Both the position numbers and the translations under genes were made by a program. Shown here piece after piece: positions 1 through 9,278 of a stretch of DNA of 64,000 nucleotides (position 1 is its first letter; each line of letters opens with the position of its first letter). Below the pieces are notes generated by a model. It worked only from the letters and a program-made list of their open reading frames with translations, was not told where the DNA came from and ran no database searches. Source of the stretch: Gammaproteobacteria bacterium. Lineage in GTDB: Bacteria > Pseudomonadota > Gammaproteobacteria > Steroidobacterales > Rariloculaceae. The stretch covers positions 25,073-89,072 of the forward strand of contig JBJHBW010000006.1 in assembly GCA_050485685.1 (NCBI GenBank), read 5' to 3'.

Positions 1-19
1 GTCACAGAGGAACGGCAGC

Positions 20-544
20 GTGTTCGCGCCGACCACTGAGGCCGGCGCGCTTGACGGGGCGCTGCGCCGTGCGGCGCGGCTGCTCGCTACGGTCGGGGTC
101 ATCGTGCTGCTGGCACAGTCTGCGTCAATCGTGGCGGATGCCTTCTCACGGTGGCTGTTCAATACGCCGATACCGGGCATGGAAGACGTGAATATCGTGA
201 TGATCGCGGTCACGGTGGCAAGCTTCATGCCCGCGTTGTTCATCGAGCGTGCGAACATCACCGTGAATCTGGTCGGCCGGGCCGCCGGGCCGCGCGTTTC
301 GGCATGGCTCGATGCCTTCGGCCATCTGCTGGCCTTCGTATTCATCGTGCTGCTCGCCTGGCAGTACCTGCTTTATGCGGTCGATCTCGGACCGACCTAC
401 ACAGTGATACTGGAACTGCCCAAGCGTCCCGGTGCGCTGATCGTGTCGGCTTTGCTGGGCGTCAGTGCGGTGTTTCAGGGCGTGGTGCTGGCGGTTGCGG
501 TCTCGCGAATGACCGGTGTGGCACTGGAAAAGGAATCGCACTGA
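20..544 (+). CDS. dctQ: TRAP transporter small permease subunit (DctQ-like)
   Basis: 174 aa with about 4 hydrophobic helices and a DctQ-type N-terminal region. GTG start follows GAGGAA. Its stop overlaps the ATG of the large permease (TGATG). Confidence 0.8.
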   Translation: MFAPTTEAGALDGALRRAARLLATVGVIVLLAQSASIVADAFSRWLFNTPIPGMEDVNIVMIAVTVASFMPALFIERANITVNLVGRAAGPRVSAWLDAFGHLLAFVFIVLLAWQYLLYAVDLGPTYTVILELPKRPGALIVSALLGVSAVFQGVVLAVAVSRMTGVALEKESH

Positions 545-1851
545 TGGATCCTGTAGTGATTGCGATTCTCGGCACAGTGCTGCTGTTCGTGCTGATCCTG
601 TTGCACGTGCCCATCGGTGTGGCCATGGCCCTGGCCGGCGTTGCGGGTTTCGCAATGCTGGCCGGTTTCTCACCTGCGGTGGCGATTCCCGGCATCGAGG
701 CCGTGACGGCATTCGAGAGCCTGGACCTGGCCATCATTCCGCTGTTCCTGCTGATGGGCAGTCTGGCCTCGGTGTCGGGTCTGTCGTCGGACCTGTACCG
801 GGTGGCGAATGCGTTCTTCGGCCACCGACGCGGTGGACTGGCTGTCGCAACAGTAGGTGGCAGCGGCGCCTTTGGCGCCGTCTGTGGATCATCTATCGCG
901 ACGGTCGCCACCATGACGCGTGTCGCGCTGCCACAGATGCTCGAAAGGGGATACAGGCCTGCCTTCGCTGCCGGTTCCATCGCGGCGGGCGGTACACTGG
1001 GTATCGTAATTCCCCCGTCGCTGATCCTGGTGATCTACGCGATTCTCGCCGAGCAGTTTGTGCTGGCGGTGTTCTTCGCGGCGCTGATCCCGGGCATCAT
1101 TGCCGCGCTTTTTCAGATTGCCGCTGCGGGCGTCTATGCGCGTATGCGTCCGGATGCCGCGCCGGCCCAGCCACGATCTTCATGGGCACAAAGGTGGGTG
1201 GCGCTGAAAAAGGCCTGGGCGGTCGTGGCACTGGGGCTGATCGTCACGGTGGGTATCTATGGCGGCCTGGTGACGGTGACTGAGGCGGCGGCACTGGGTG
1301 CGTTTTCTGCATTCGTCCTGACGGTTGCCCGTGGGCGACTGAACCGTGAGGTACTGAAGGAAGTCGCTCGCGACACCGCGATGAATACCGGCATGATCTA
1401 CATCGTGATCGTAGGCGCATTCACATTCAGCTATTTCATCGCGCTGTCCGGATTGCCGCAGGTGCTCGTCGAGGGCATAGGCGCGATGAATGTGCCGCCA
1501 CTGGTCATCATTCTGGTTCTTTATCTGATGTACCTGCTGCTGGGTTCGATTTTTGAATCGGTCGCGGCAATGGTCATCACGCTGCCGTTCGTGCTGCCGA
1601 TCGTGACGTTCCTCGGGTTCGATCCCATCTGGTGGGGCGTCATGCTGGTCATGGTGTCGGCGATCGGCATGATCACGCCGCCAATAGGTATGAACGTGTT
1701 CGTGATACACGGCATGGTGCCCCAGCTGGCTCTGACGACCATTTTCCGCGGTGTCACGCCGTTCTTTATCGCCGATCTGCTCAGGGTGCTGCTGCTGACC
1801 CTGCTGCCGGTGCTGACGCTCTGGTTGCCCGGAAAGATGGGACTTCTCTGA
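544..1851 (+). CDS. dctM: TRAP transporter large permease subunit (DctM)
   Basis: The 435-aa polytopic protein starts at MDPVVIAILGTVLL inside the longer ORF 151..1851. DctM-like sequence throughout, translationally coupled to dctQ. The 151-543 extension is Arg-rich junk. Confidence 0.9.
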   Translation: MDPVVIAILGTVLLFVLILLHVPIGVAMALAGVAGFAMLAGFSPAVAIPGIEAVTAFESLDLAIIPLFLLMGSLASVSGLSSDLYRVANAFFGHRRGGLAVATVGGSGAFGAVCGSSIATVATMTRVALPQMLERGYRPAFAAGSIAAGGTLGIVIPPSLILVIYAILAEQFVLAVFFAALIPGIIAALFQIAAAGVYARMRPDAAPAQPRSSWAQRWVALKKAWAVVALGLIVTVGIYGGLVTVTEAAALGAFSAFVLTVARGRLNREVLKEVARDTAMNTGMIYIVIVGAFTFSYFIALSGLPQVLVEGIGAMNVPPLVIILVLYLMYLLLGSIFESVAAMVITLPFVLPIVTFLGFDPIWWGVMLVMVSAIGMITPPIGMNVFVIHGMVPQLALTTIFRGVTPFFIADLLRVLLLTLLPVLTLWLPGKMGLL

Positions 1852-1963
1852 GTCTGCGGTTTCTGTACGTAGTTTTCGCAATGGCGTTGCCGGGTCGCAT
1901 GCATTTATCGTGATTGCAACGCCCGGGGTGGTCCCGGACATCCATTCAATCCGGAGATGCGAC

Positions 1964-2437
1964 GTGAAGAAAATCAGTTCGGCAATGTCAGTCATTGTGG
2001 CCGTTCTGCTGGTGGGTGCGTCATCGAACGCGCTGGCTCAGCCAGGCGACTATCCTGAGTTCCGTGGTGTGCAGGAAATGGCCAACCGCTGGGTGCAGGC
2101 CTACAACCGTCACGATCGAAACGCCCTTGGTGCCCTCTATGCGCGCGATGCCAGGCTGATGATGCATGGTGCGCCGACCATTTCGGGCAGGGATGCCATC
2201 GAGGAATTCTGGGCCGACGACTTCCAGGCCGGTGATCCGCTGACCGTGCTCACGGTGACGCATGCCGTCGAAGGCAGCGACATGATCCTCGTGCACGGTA
2301 ACTATCAGGTCATCAACCGTGAGGACGGTACGCAGGTCGGTATGGGCCGATTCGCTCACATCTGGCTGCTGGATGGCGGCGAATGGCGCCTTGATCGTGA
2401 TATGTGGAACCGGCCGTTCGAGCCTTATCGTCCCTGA
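1964..2437 (+). CDS. secreted SnoaL-like / DUF4440 (NTF2-fold) protein
   Basis: Signal peptide (KKISSAMSVIVAVLLVGASSNALA) followed by an NTF2-like pattern (WVQAYNRHDRNALGALYARDARL ... GGEWRLDRDMW). GTG start chosen after GGAG; start uncertain. Confidence 0.55.
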   Translation: MKKISSAMSVIVAVLLVGASSNALAQPGDYPEFRGVQEMANRWVQAYNRHDRNALGALYARDARLMMHGAPTISGRDAIEEFWADDFQAGDPLTVLTVTHAVEGSDMILVHGNYQVINREDGTQVGMGRFAHIWLLDGGEWRLDRDMWNRPFEPYRP

Positions 2438-3255
2438 CGCAGCAGCGCGGTCTTCAGTTCCCGCAGCTCGGAACGTAACGCGCGGATCTCGTGTTCCAGC
2501 TGCACGCCCTCATGGTGGACCGCGGCCTCGATATGGTCGCGGTCTGCTTCATGATCGGCAGCATGCATGGTCTGCATCGTGTTGACGATGATCGCGATGA
2601 ACAGATTCAGCATCGTGAATGTCGCAATCAGAATGAAGGGCACGAAGAACACCCAGGCCATCGGGTATGAGTCCATGACCGGCCGTACGATGCCCATGGA
2701 CCAGCTCTCCAGTGTCATGATCTGGAACAGCGTATACAGCGACGAAGGCACCGAGCCGAACCAGTCCGGGAACTGCTCGCTGAACAGGCTGGTCGCCATG
2801 ACCGCAAACACATAGAAGATGATGGCCAGCAGCCCGGCAATCGCTCCGATACCGGGTACCGCATGCAGCAGTGCTTCGACAATGAATCGAAGCCTGGGCA
2901 TGGTGGAAACGAGTCGCATTACACGCAGCACACGCAGCGTGCGCAGTACGGCGAAGGGCCCGGCAGCCGGAACCAGGGCAATACCGACGACGATGAAGTC
3001 GAACACGTTCCAGGGGTCGCGGAAGAACTTTCTCCCGTGACTGATCAGTTTCGCGACGATTTCCAGCACAAACACGCTGAGGATGATCTTATCCAGGCGT
3101 ATCAGCACCGGACCTATCTGCTGCATGACGTTCGGTGACGTCTCAAGGCCCAGTGTGATCGCATTGATCACGATCAGTGCGATGATGATCCGCTGCACCC
3201 GAGGGGATTCTACCCACGCTCCGATGCTGGCGCGGTCCATGGCGGCTGTCGGCAT
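2425..3255 (-). CDS. bacterial voltage-gated sodium channel (NaChBac/NavAb family, BacNaV)
   Basis: 6TM layout with S4 carrying Arg every third residue (LRTLRVLRVMRLV). Selectivity filter FQIMTLESWSMG matches the BacNaV TLESWSM signature. C-terminal heptad-like coiled coil. Start ambiguous (TTG 3279, ATG 3255 or 3240). Confidence 0.85.
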   Translation of the reverse strand: MPTAAMDRASIGAWVESPRVQRIIIALIVINAITLGLETSPNVMQQIGPVLIRLDKIILSVFVLEIVAKLISHGRKFFRDPWNVFDFIVVGIALVPAAGPFAVLRTLRVLRVMRLVSTMPRLRFIVEALLHAVPGIGAIAGLLAIIFYVFAVMATSLFSEQFPDWFGSVPSSLYTLFQIMTLESWSMGIVRPVMDSYPMAWVFFVPFILIATFTMLNLFIAIIVNTMQTMHAADHEADRDHIEAAVHHEGVQLEHEIRALRSELRELKTALLRQGR

Positions 3256-3560
3256 TCCCTGAGATCTCCGTCCCGTCAAAACGGCGGCAAGTATGCCGTG
3301 TGAGGTTTGCGCTGGCGACCTCAGACCCCGGTGTCAGCGTATTCCCGCGCCGCTACCGGTTTTGGGCGGGGCTGTCTCAGCCCCGTTGAGGGGGTGTCGC
3401 AAAATGCAAACATATCAGGATGATGCGCGAATATGCTTTATTGTGTGTGAACTTACTGTAAGCGTATTGCATCCGTCGGGCATTGGTGTAACTCTTTGCC
3501 GCAACACGGTTGGGCTCGCTTGCGGGGGCAGCTGTTTCAACCAATTCAGAGGGATTCGAA

Positions 3561-4154
3561 ATGTTCGAACTGGGCAAGAAGGGGGCACCGGTGCGGGGTC
3601 AGGAAGACACAAGCGGTGAGCGGGAAGACAATCGGCAGACTACCGCGGCGGCCTCAGCACGGCCGGCATCGTCGTCGGCCGGCAAACGGGAGGCTGCGGT
3701 GATCGGACCGTCCATACACATCGATGGCGATCTGCGCGGTGAGGAGGACCTGCTGATCGAAGGCGAGGTCAACGGTACCGTGCAGCTGAAGAGTAACAGT
3801 CTGACGATCGGTGCAAACGGCAAGGTGCGCGCGGATGTCTATGCGCATTCCATTTTTGTCGAAGGCCTGATGGAAGGTGACCTGTTCGGATCGGAGCGGG
3901 TTGCGATCCGCAAGACCGCCGAGGTTCGCGGTAACGTCACTTCCCCTCGCGTAAGTCTGGAGGAAGGGGCGCGATTCAAGGGCTCGATCGAGATGGATGG
4001 CGAGGCCGTGAAGGCGGCGCTGGGTTCGGCGCGTGGCGCGTCCGCGTCCGGCAGCACGGGCAGCCAGGCTGCCCGGCAGACGTCAGCTTCGCCGGCTTCG
4101 AAGTCAGACGTTGCGGGCCAGGGCGCTGCCGTAAAGACCGGCGCTACCGGCTAG
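3561..4154 (+). CDS. bactofilin family polymer-forming cytoskeletal protein
   Basis: Core typical of the DUF583/bactofilin beta-helix (IGPSIHIDGDLRGEEDLLIEGEVNGTVQL ... VYAHSIFVEGLMEGDL ... GNVTSPRVSLEEGARFKGSIEM). Disordered Ala/Ser-rich tails. ATG preceded by GAGGGA. Confidence 0.8.
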   Translation: MFELGKKGAPVRGQEDTSGEREDNRQTTAAASARPASSSAGKREAAVIGPSIHIDGDLRGEEDLLIEGEVNGTVQLKSNSLTIGANGKVRADVYAHSIFVEGLMEGDLFGSERVAIRKTAEVRGNVTSPRVSLEEGARFKGSIEMDGEAVKAALGSARGASASGSTGSQAARQTSASPASKSDVAGQGAAVKTGATG

Positions 4155-4218
4155 AGCGTACAAGTCCTCAGTCCACAGCACAGAGTCGCATGCGGATTTC
4201 GCTAACCGTCAGAACTGA

Positions 4219-4830
4219 GTGAGCGTGGTCGATACAGTCAGGCGATCGGCGGAATCCCGGGAATCGGTCAACACAGCGGCGCTGAATGCGCCGCTGTTCC
4301 GTTCGGTGATTGAACGCATGCACGGCGGAGGCCGTTGGGTGGTCCTCGACCTCGGGCCTGCCAGAAGCGGTACCGTAGGCCTGTTCAGCCAGTTTCGCTG
4401 CCGCCTGGAAATTGCGGACATCGCAACCGGCATCGACGCGCTGAACGCCGCGGAGGATCCTGCTCCGCTCGCCGACGCGATGTTGCCGCCGCAAAGGGAC
4501 GAACTCGTCGATGTCGTGTTGTGCTGGGATATTTTCAATTATCTGACCCGGCCGTCGCTGCGCGCTCTGATGGACGGCATTGCGCGCAGGTGTCATGCCG
4601 GCAGCCTCGTGCACGCGCTGATCGTCTATTCAGCACCGCGTATGTCATCACGGCCGGGGCGTTACGTGCCCACCGAGGATGGCCGCACGCTCAACGTCAG
4701 CGGCAGTGGCGCGCAGATCGAATCGCCGCGTTACTCGCCTGAAGATCTGACGCTGGCGATGCCGCGCTTCACCGTGGAACGGGCCATGTTGCTGCGCAAC
4801 GGCATGCAGGAGTTTCTGTTTCGCATGTGA
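4219..4830 (+). CDS. hypothetical protein, class I SAM-methyltransferase-like fold
   Basis: Motif I-like VVLDLGPARSG and a later DVVLCWDIFNYL segment. Coding-like composition, 64 nt downstream of the bactofilin gene. Function not supported beyond the fold guess. Confidence 0.4.
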   Translation: MSVVDTVRRSAESRESVNTAALNAPLFRSVIERMHGGGRWVVLDLGPARSGTVGLFSQFRCRLEIADIATGIDALNAAEDPAPLADAMLPPQRDELVDVVLCWDIFNYLTRPSLRALMDGIARRCHAGSLVHALIVYSAPRMSSRPGRYVPTEDGRTLNVSGSGAQIESPRYSPEDLTLAMPRFTVERAMLLRNGMQEFLFRM

Positions 4831-4839
4831 CGGCGGGTT

Positions 4840-6036
4840 TCAGAACCCGTGCAGATTGAACACGTGGCCGTGATCAGGGTCGTCGCGAAACGATTCGTAA
4901 TGCAGTCTCAGCAGCTCGGCGCCGTAATCGTTGCCGTTCGGAGTGCGCACGATGCTGTGCACGTGGCGACGCAGGGGAACCTCGCGCGGGCCTGGCAGTG
5001 CGACGGGACCCTGGTGATCGAACTCAATCCAGATCACCGGGCTGTGAATCCGGTAATAGAACACAGCGTCCGGACCGACAGCGCCGCGCCACGCAAACCA
5101 GGTGTTGTCCATGTGGGCGCGTACTTCGTCCATCCTGACTTCCGCATGCCCCTCCGGCATGTGGCTGACCCACAGTGCAATCAGATTCAGCAGGCCGGCG
5201 CGCTGGCTCGCTGACAGCGACGTCGCGGCAATACCCTGATAGGGAACCACGACATTGTCACTGAACATCTCGGCCAGGTTTTCGCCACGGCGCTTCACCG
5301 GGTCGAGAACGGCCGTCTGCTGCTGGTCGGCGGACAGCGATTGCATGAATGCGAAACCCAGATCCTGCTCCTCCTCCAGAACCGATGTGCCGGCATAGAT
5401 GCCCGATTCTGCAAAGGTGGGCTCGGAACCCATGAACGTCGGTGTCATGACGATCTGATCGCCGAGAATGAAGTAATTGATGATCAGGTGGTGACCGTCC
5501 AGCTGCCATCCCCAGGGCTCGTCGGCGGAGGGAAGGCCCATCATGGTCACCCAGTACAGGTGCTCGCCATAGGCATCGAAGTTGTCCACCAGCTCGGCAA
5601 GGTGGTGATTCAGGCGCATGATGTCGCGAGTGGTTTCATAGCCCCGCGCACTCAGGGATGCACGCAGCAGCGTATAGGTGGCTTCCCGCTGGGACTCCGT
5701 CATCTCGTCCAGGCTCACGCCTTCGCGCGGGAATGCGTGAATGTTGGCCCAGTTGCGCCACTCGCTATGCGTGACCGGGAAGGTCATCGCTTCATGCTGT
5801 TCCGGTGTCAGCACGGCCAGCAGCTGTTCGGCTGCCAGACGCACCGGCTCCGTGCTGATGCCGGTTTCAGCGATCTCGAACAGGTCGAGTATCGGTGTGC
5901 CGTCCGTGGTCAGCCCGGTCAGGGGCTCAGCCAGTGCCCGTTCCGCGCGTTCGGCAAAACCCTGCGCGTGGACGGTGGCGGATGCCGCTGTGGCCAGCAG
6001 GGTCAGTGTGACAGGCCATGCCGTTCTGCTGTTCAT
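4840..6036 (-). CDS. DUF3500 domain-containing secreted protein
   Basis: Signal peptide, then motifs I recognise from DUF3500 (PWGWQLDGHHLIINYF and HSIVRTPNGNDYG). Confidence 0.7.
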   Translation of the reverse strand: MNSRTAWPVTLTLLATAASATVHAQGFAERAERALAEPLTGLTTDGTPILDLFEIAETGISTEPVRLAAEQLLAVLTPEQHEAMTFPVTHSEWRNWANIHAFPREGVSLDEMTESQREATYTLLRASLSARGYETTRDIMRLNHHLAELVDNFDAYGEHLYWVTMMGLPSADEPWGWQLDGHHLIINYFILGDQIVMTPTFMGSEPTFAESGIYAGTSVLEEEQDLGFAFMQSLSADQQQTAVLDPVKRRGENLAEMFSDNVVVPYQGIAATSLSASQRAGLLNLIALWVSHMPEGHAEVRMDEVRAHMDNTWFAWRGAVGPDAVFYYRIHSPVIWIEFDHQGPVALPGPREVPLRRHVHSIVRTPNGNDYGAELLRLHYESFRDDPDHGHVFNLHGF

Positions 6037-6096
6037 CTGTATTCCCCCGCGTTCTGTCTGCCTGTGCGAATCAGATCTTCCGCACGCCCGCCCGGA

Positions 6097-6720
6097 TCAG
6101 AGTTCGGCGATTTCTATGGCGCGGAATTCCACGACACCGGTTTCGCCCTGAATGCCGATATATCCGCGTTCATTAACGATATTGAAAGCGCGACTCAAGA
6201 GCTCGTTGTTCAGCCACACGGTCAGTTCGTCGCCCTGCAGTTCGATCTGCAGCGTCTGCCATTCGCCGGTGCCGGTTGAAAGGCGTGCAGCGTCAGCCGG
6301 GTCGAATTCGATCTCGCCCTGCGGTGTACCGTGCCGGAACACGCCGCCCACTGGTGGAAACGGGCTCTCGCCCAGCGGATTTCGCAGCTGCACCTGGTAA
6401 CTGTTGCCCGGCCAGCCGCGAATGAAATCCGAGTCGGCCACGGCGCGCACGAAGATGCCACTGTCGGCGTTCTCGGTCAGAAAGCGGAAATCGATGCGCA
6501 ACAGAAAGTCGCCATACTGTCGATCCGACCGCAGCCAGCCCTCCGGCTCTGCCACCCGAAGGATGCCGTCCTCGATGGTGAAATTTTCGTGGCTGGTGTT
6601 CTGTATGGTCCAGCCACTGAATGTGCCGTCGAACAGCGGGGTGAAGGTGTCGTTCTGCGCGCAGGCGACATTCGCAGTCAGTGCGGCGGTCACGGTCAGC
6701 AGGATCCGCGCGTGTTTCAT
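6097..6720 (-). CDS. DUF1080 (3-keto-disaccharide hydrolase-like, concanavalin-type) secreted protein
   Basis: Signal peptide. LFDGTFSGWTIQN ... FTIEDGILR ... YGDFLLRIDFRF ... NADSGIFVR ... YQVQL ... IGIQGETGVVEFRAIEI is the classic DUF1080 pattern. Confidence 0.75.
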   Translation of the reverse strand: MKHARILLTVTAALTANVACAQNDTFTPLFDGTFSGWTIQNTSHENFTIEDGILRVAEPEGWLRSDRQYGDFLLRIDFRFLTENADSGIFVRAVADSDFIRGWPGNSYQVQLRNPLGESPFPPVGGVFRHGTPQGEIEFDPADAARLSTGTGEWQTLQIELQGDELTVWLNNELLSRAFNIVNERGYIGIQGETGVVEFRAIEIAEL

Positions 6721-7121
6721 GTTCTTATCGCCTCGCCATCAGCGAGCGGTGGTTCGGCGCCGGCCAGGTCGCTGGCGTCGGAATCTGCCGGCACCACCAG
6801 CAGTGTCATGCCGTCTACGGCGACGACACGGATATCGCTGCCCGTTGCCGGCGCATCCGGTGCGTCGCCTGACCAGATCGCATCCCAGCGCTCCATGCCG
6901 ATGCGCACCCGGATGCGGCTGTCCGGCGAACCGTCGCCGGTTGCCAGAAGCTGGCCGGTGGTTCCGACCAGATGTGAGTTCACCGGCTTGTTCTCATCGG
7001 CGGCCACACGCGAAAAAAGCGCCGTGATATGGCGCCAGAGAAGCACACGGGTGACCACGTACAGCAGCGCCAGCACAACGCCGAGCAGCAGCACGCCGGT
7101 GATGATATCCAGTACCCGCAT
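6717..7121 (-). CDS. NfeD-like membrane protein (C-terminal OB domain)
   Basis: N-terminal TM helix plus an NfeD-type OB segment (GTTGQLLATGDG...IRVRIGMERWDAIWSGD...GSDIRVVAVDGMTLLVVP). Its stop overlaps the start of the downstream DUF1080 gene (ATGA). Confidence 0.55.
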   Translation of the reverse strand: MRVLDIITGVLLLGVVLALLYVVTRVLLWRHITALFSRVAADENKPVNSHLVGTTGQLLATGDGSPDSRIRVRIGMERWDAIWSGDAPDAPATGSDIRVVAVDGMTLLVVPADSDASDLAGAEPPLADGEAIRT

Positions 7122-7208
7122 TTTTCAGATTCCGTACCCAGTTCCTGACTGCCGATGACCATAGCTCAGCACGGCCCGGTGCGCCAGCGGTATGCCGCCG
7201 CCCCGCAG

Positions 7209-8105
7209 TCAGTGTGTCATCGCATAGACGATGTAGTTGACGAAAACGCGCATGGCCATCGCCGAATAATGCTCCGGATACAGAGGGTTGTCGGCGTGTT
7301 CCACGGCATCGCCGAGGTCCATGTTGTGACAGATCGCGACCATCAGGCGCCCATGATCGTCGTAGATTCCTCGCCAGACATCGTCATAGCCGTCGCGTTC
7401 GTGAATCTGTCCGGTGATCAGGTACTGTTCGCCCGGAATCTGCACGCGGTCGCTGAGATCGTAGACCGTGTGAAAGATCGGGTCGTCGTCGGGAATATCG
7501 ACTACCGGACGGTCCGGAAACACCCGCTGCATGCTGGCCATGAAAATGGCCCACTCCTGCGTGCCGTGAAAGTCATCGGCCATCAGAAATCCGCCACGCA
7601 GCAGGTACTCGCGCAGCTTTGCGGCCTGCGCGTCGGTCAGATCCCAGGTGCCTGGTTCGACCACATAAAGCCACGGCCAGTAGAAGACCTCGTCGCCGTC
7701 GTCGAGATTGACGGGCTGTTCCACGGAGCGTGCGTTCACCCGAGTCAGACGGCCCACGGCCTCGGCTACATGTCGGTCGGCGCGCGGATAGTCTATGGTC
7801 CAACTGGTACCGCCCTGACGCCAGTCCCGACCGCGCCCCCAGAACACGCCGCGGGCGGACGGGTACATGAGGCGTGCAAAAGTCCACTCGCCCGGTTCGC
7901 GGAAATCGGCAGGCAGCGGAAAGTCGTAATATTCGACGCCAGGGTACTCGCGAAACGGCGGCGGAAAAGCCGACAGCGTGCCGATCAGCAGCCAGCCGGC
8001 GGCCAGCGCTACCGTCGCCCGCATCCACCACGGGTGAAATCGGCGCGGCGGGGAGCTGTGAAGAGGTGTGTGTTGCGGTGCTTCCTTCCGGCGCGGATCG
8101 CGCAT
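7209..8105 (-). CDS. DUF4159 domain-containing protein
   Basis: Matches my memory of DUF4159 (FARLMY...WTIDYPRADRHV...EVFYWPWLYVVEPGTWDLTDAQAAKLREYLLRGGFLMADDFHG...WRGIYDDHGRLMVAICHNMDLGDA). Start set at MRDPRRK (8105); ATG 8024 is also possible. The ORF extension to 8372 would overlap the upstream gene. Confidence 0.65.
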   Translation of the reverse strand: MRDPRRKEAPQHTPLHSSPPRRFHPWWMRATVALAAGWLLIGTLSAFPPPFREYPGVEYYDFPLPADFREPGEWTFARLMYPSARGVFWGRGRDWRQGGTSWTIDYPRADRHVAEAVGRLTRVNARSVEQPVNLDDGDEVFYWPWLYVVEPGTWDLTDAQAAKLREYLLRGGFLMADDFHGTQEWAIFMASMQRVFPDRPVVDIPDDDPIFHTVYDLSDRVQIPGEQYLITGQIHERDGYDDVWRGIYDDHGRLMVAICHNMDLGDAVEHADNPLYPEHYSAMAMRVFVNYIVYAMTH

Positions 8106-8236
8106 CTGTACCTCTGACCTTCGCGGACTGGTGTTGCTCTCAACGTCGAGGGTACCGCAGCTGATGGCCGAACGCACGGCCGTACGGCATGTTCCGGCCG
8201 CATGGCCGAAGCGCCCGATGAAACGGCGCAGGCGTG

Positions 8237-9211
8237 TCAGAATATGGAGCCGAAGAACATACGGATGCCACGGCCGTTGGTCGATTCCCGGATCGCAATG
8301 CCGACCCGGTCCAGCGGGAAACCGAGAATCCTGAACGGTTCGCTGCGTCCGGCGGCGACGCCCACCTCCCACTCGTTGGCGAGGACGCCGGTCCGGCCGT
8401 CAGCGAGTTCGCGGGCATCCACAGTATCGAGATACCAGTCCCCGAGTACATGCGGTATCAAGCGCATCGTGTGCTCACGAAACTCCCAGCGTGGTACGTG
8501 AATATCGAACTCCACGCCACTGGAAATGCGTGACATGGAACGCCGTACACCCCGCTCAGGATCGTATCCGGACCAAAGCAGCCCATTGATCATCGCCGGT
8601 CGCCCCGGTGCGTCGGGCCAGCTGTAGCGGCTGCGTATGCCCACCGCGTAGATCAGCGCATCTTCACGAGTCTCGTGCTTCTGGATGCCCCAGCCAACCT
8701 GGGCACGCGCACGCAGGGTCCATCTCTCGGAGCGTGGAAATTCAAGTTCCACACCGGGCAGTACACCCAGCTGGCGCGCCTGACGCGGAGGTGCGCCATT
8801 GCCACCCTGGCTGCGGTCGAAGTTTTCCACACCCAGCGTGACGGGCGCGAGCAGCCTGATCGTACAGTTGCACCGCGAGTCCGGATCGGCTGCGCGCAGC
8901 TGCACGCGCACGGGTATACGCACGATCAGCACTTCTGAACCATCGTCAACTGAATACACACCGGTGCCGTAGTTGGCGGCATAGGCCCAGTGAAAGTTTC
9001 CGGCGGCGCCCGTCGCTCCCTGCGCGACCGCCACTGCACCGGCAGTGGGCAGCAGCGAAGTCAGCAGCCAGAGCGCGACGGCGCCAGCCAATGTCGCAGA
9101 GAGAGGGAGCGGAAGCGGCTTAGGGTTCACGGCGGCAGCATACCGGGATTTTTCTTCCCGCTGCACAGCCCGGACCGGCTTCTTGCTGTGAGACCTGCGT
9201 GCCAGCTGCAT
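8237..9211 (-). CDS. hypothetical outer-membrane beta-barrel-like protein
   Basis: Signal-like hydrophobic N-terminus, alternating hydrophobic pattern, and a C-terminal ...RMFFGSIF ending in Phe as in OMPs. No family recognised. Confidence 0.45.
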   Translation of the reverse strand: MQLARRSHSKKPVRAVQREEKSRYAAAVNPKPLPLPLSATLAGAVALWLLTSLLPTAGAVAVAQGATGAAGNFHWAYAANYGTGVYSVDDGSEVLIVRIPVRVQLRAADPDSRCNCTIRLLAPVTLGVENFDRSQGGNGAPPRQARQLGVLPGVELEFPRSERWTLRARAQVGWGIQKHETREDALIYAVGIRSRYSWPDAPGRPAMINGLLWSGYDPERGVRRSMSRISSGVEFDIHVPRWEFREHTMRLIPHVLGDWYLDTVDARELADGRTGVLANEWEVGVAAGRSEPFRILGFPLDRVGIAIRESTNGRGIRMFFGSIF

Positions 9212-9278
9212 GTTTCCGGCTGGCGGTCCGGATGACGTACCATGTTGCGCCTTTGTTCATTCACTGTGGCGACGATAG

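Noticed and set aside
151-543. N-terminal 131-codon extension of the dctM ORF
   Set aside because: It overlaps dctQ in another frame and is Arg/Gly-rich. The DctM homology begins at MDPVVIAILG (544), where the ATG overlaps the dctQ stop.
3368-3384. GC-rich hairpin GGGGCTG-TCT-CAGCCCC in the NaV/bactofilin intergenic region
   Set aside because: No T/U run follows it on either strand, and it lies between divergent genes, upstream of both. It is not a credible terminator, and a possible operator role cannot be supported.
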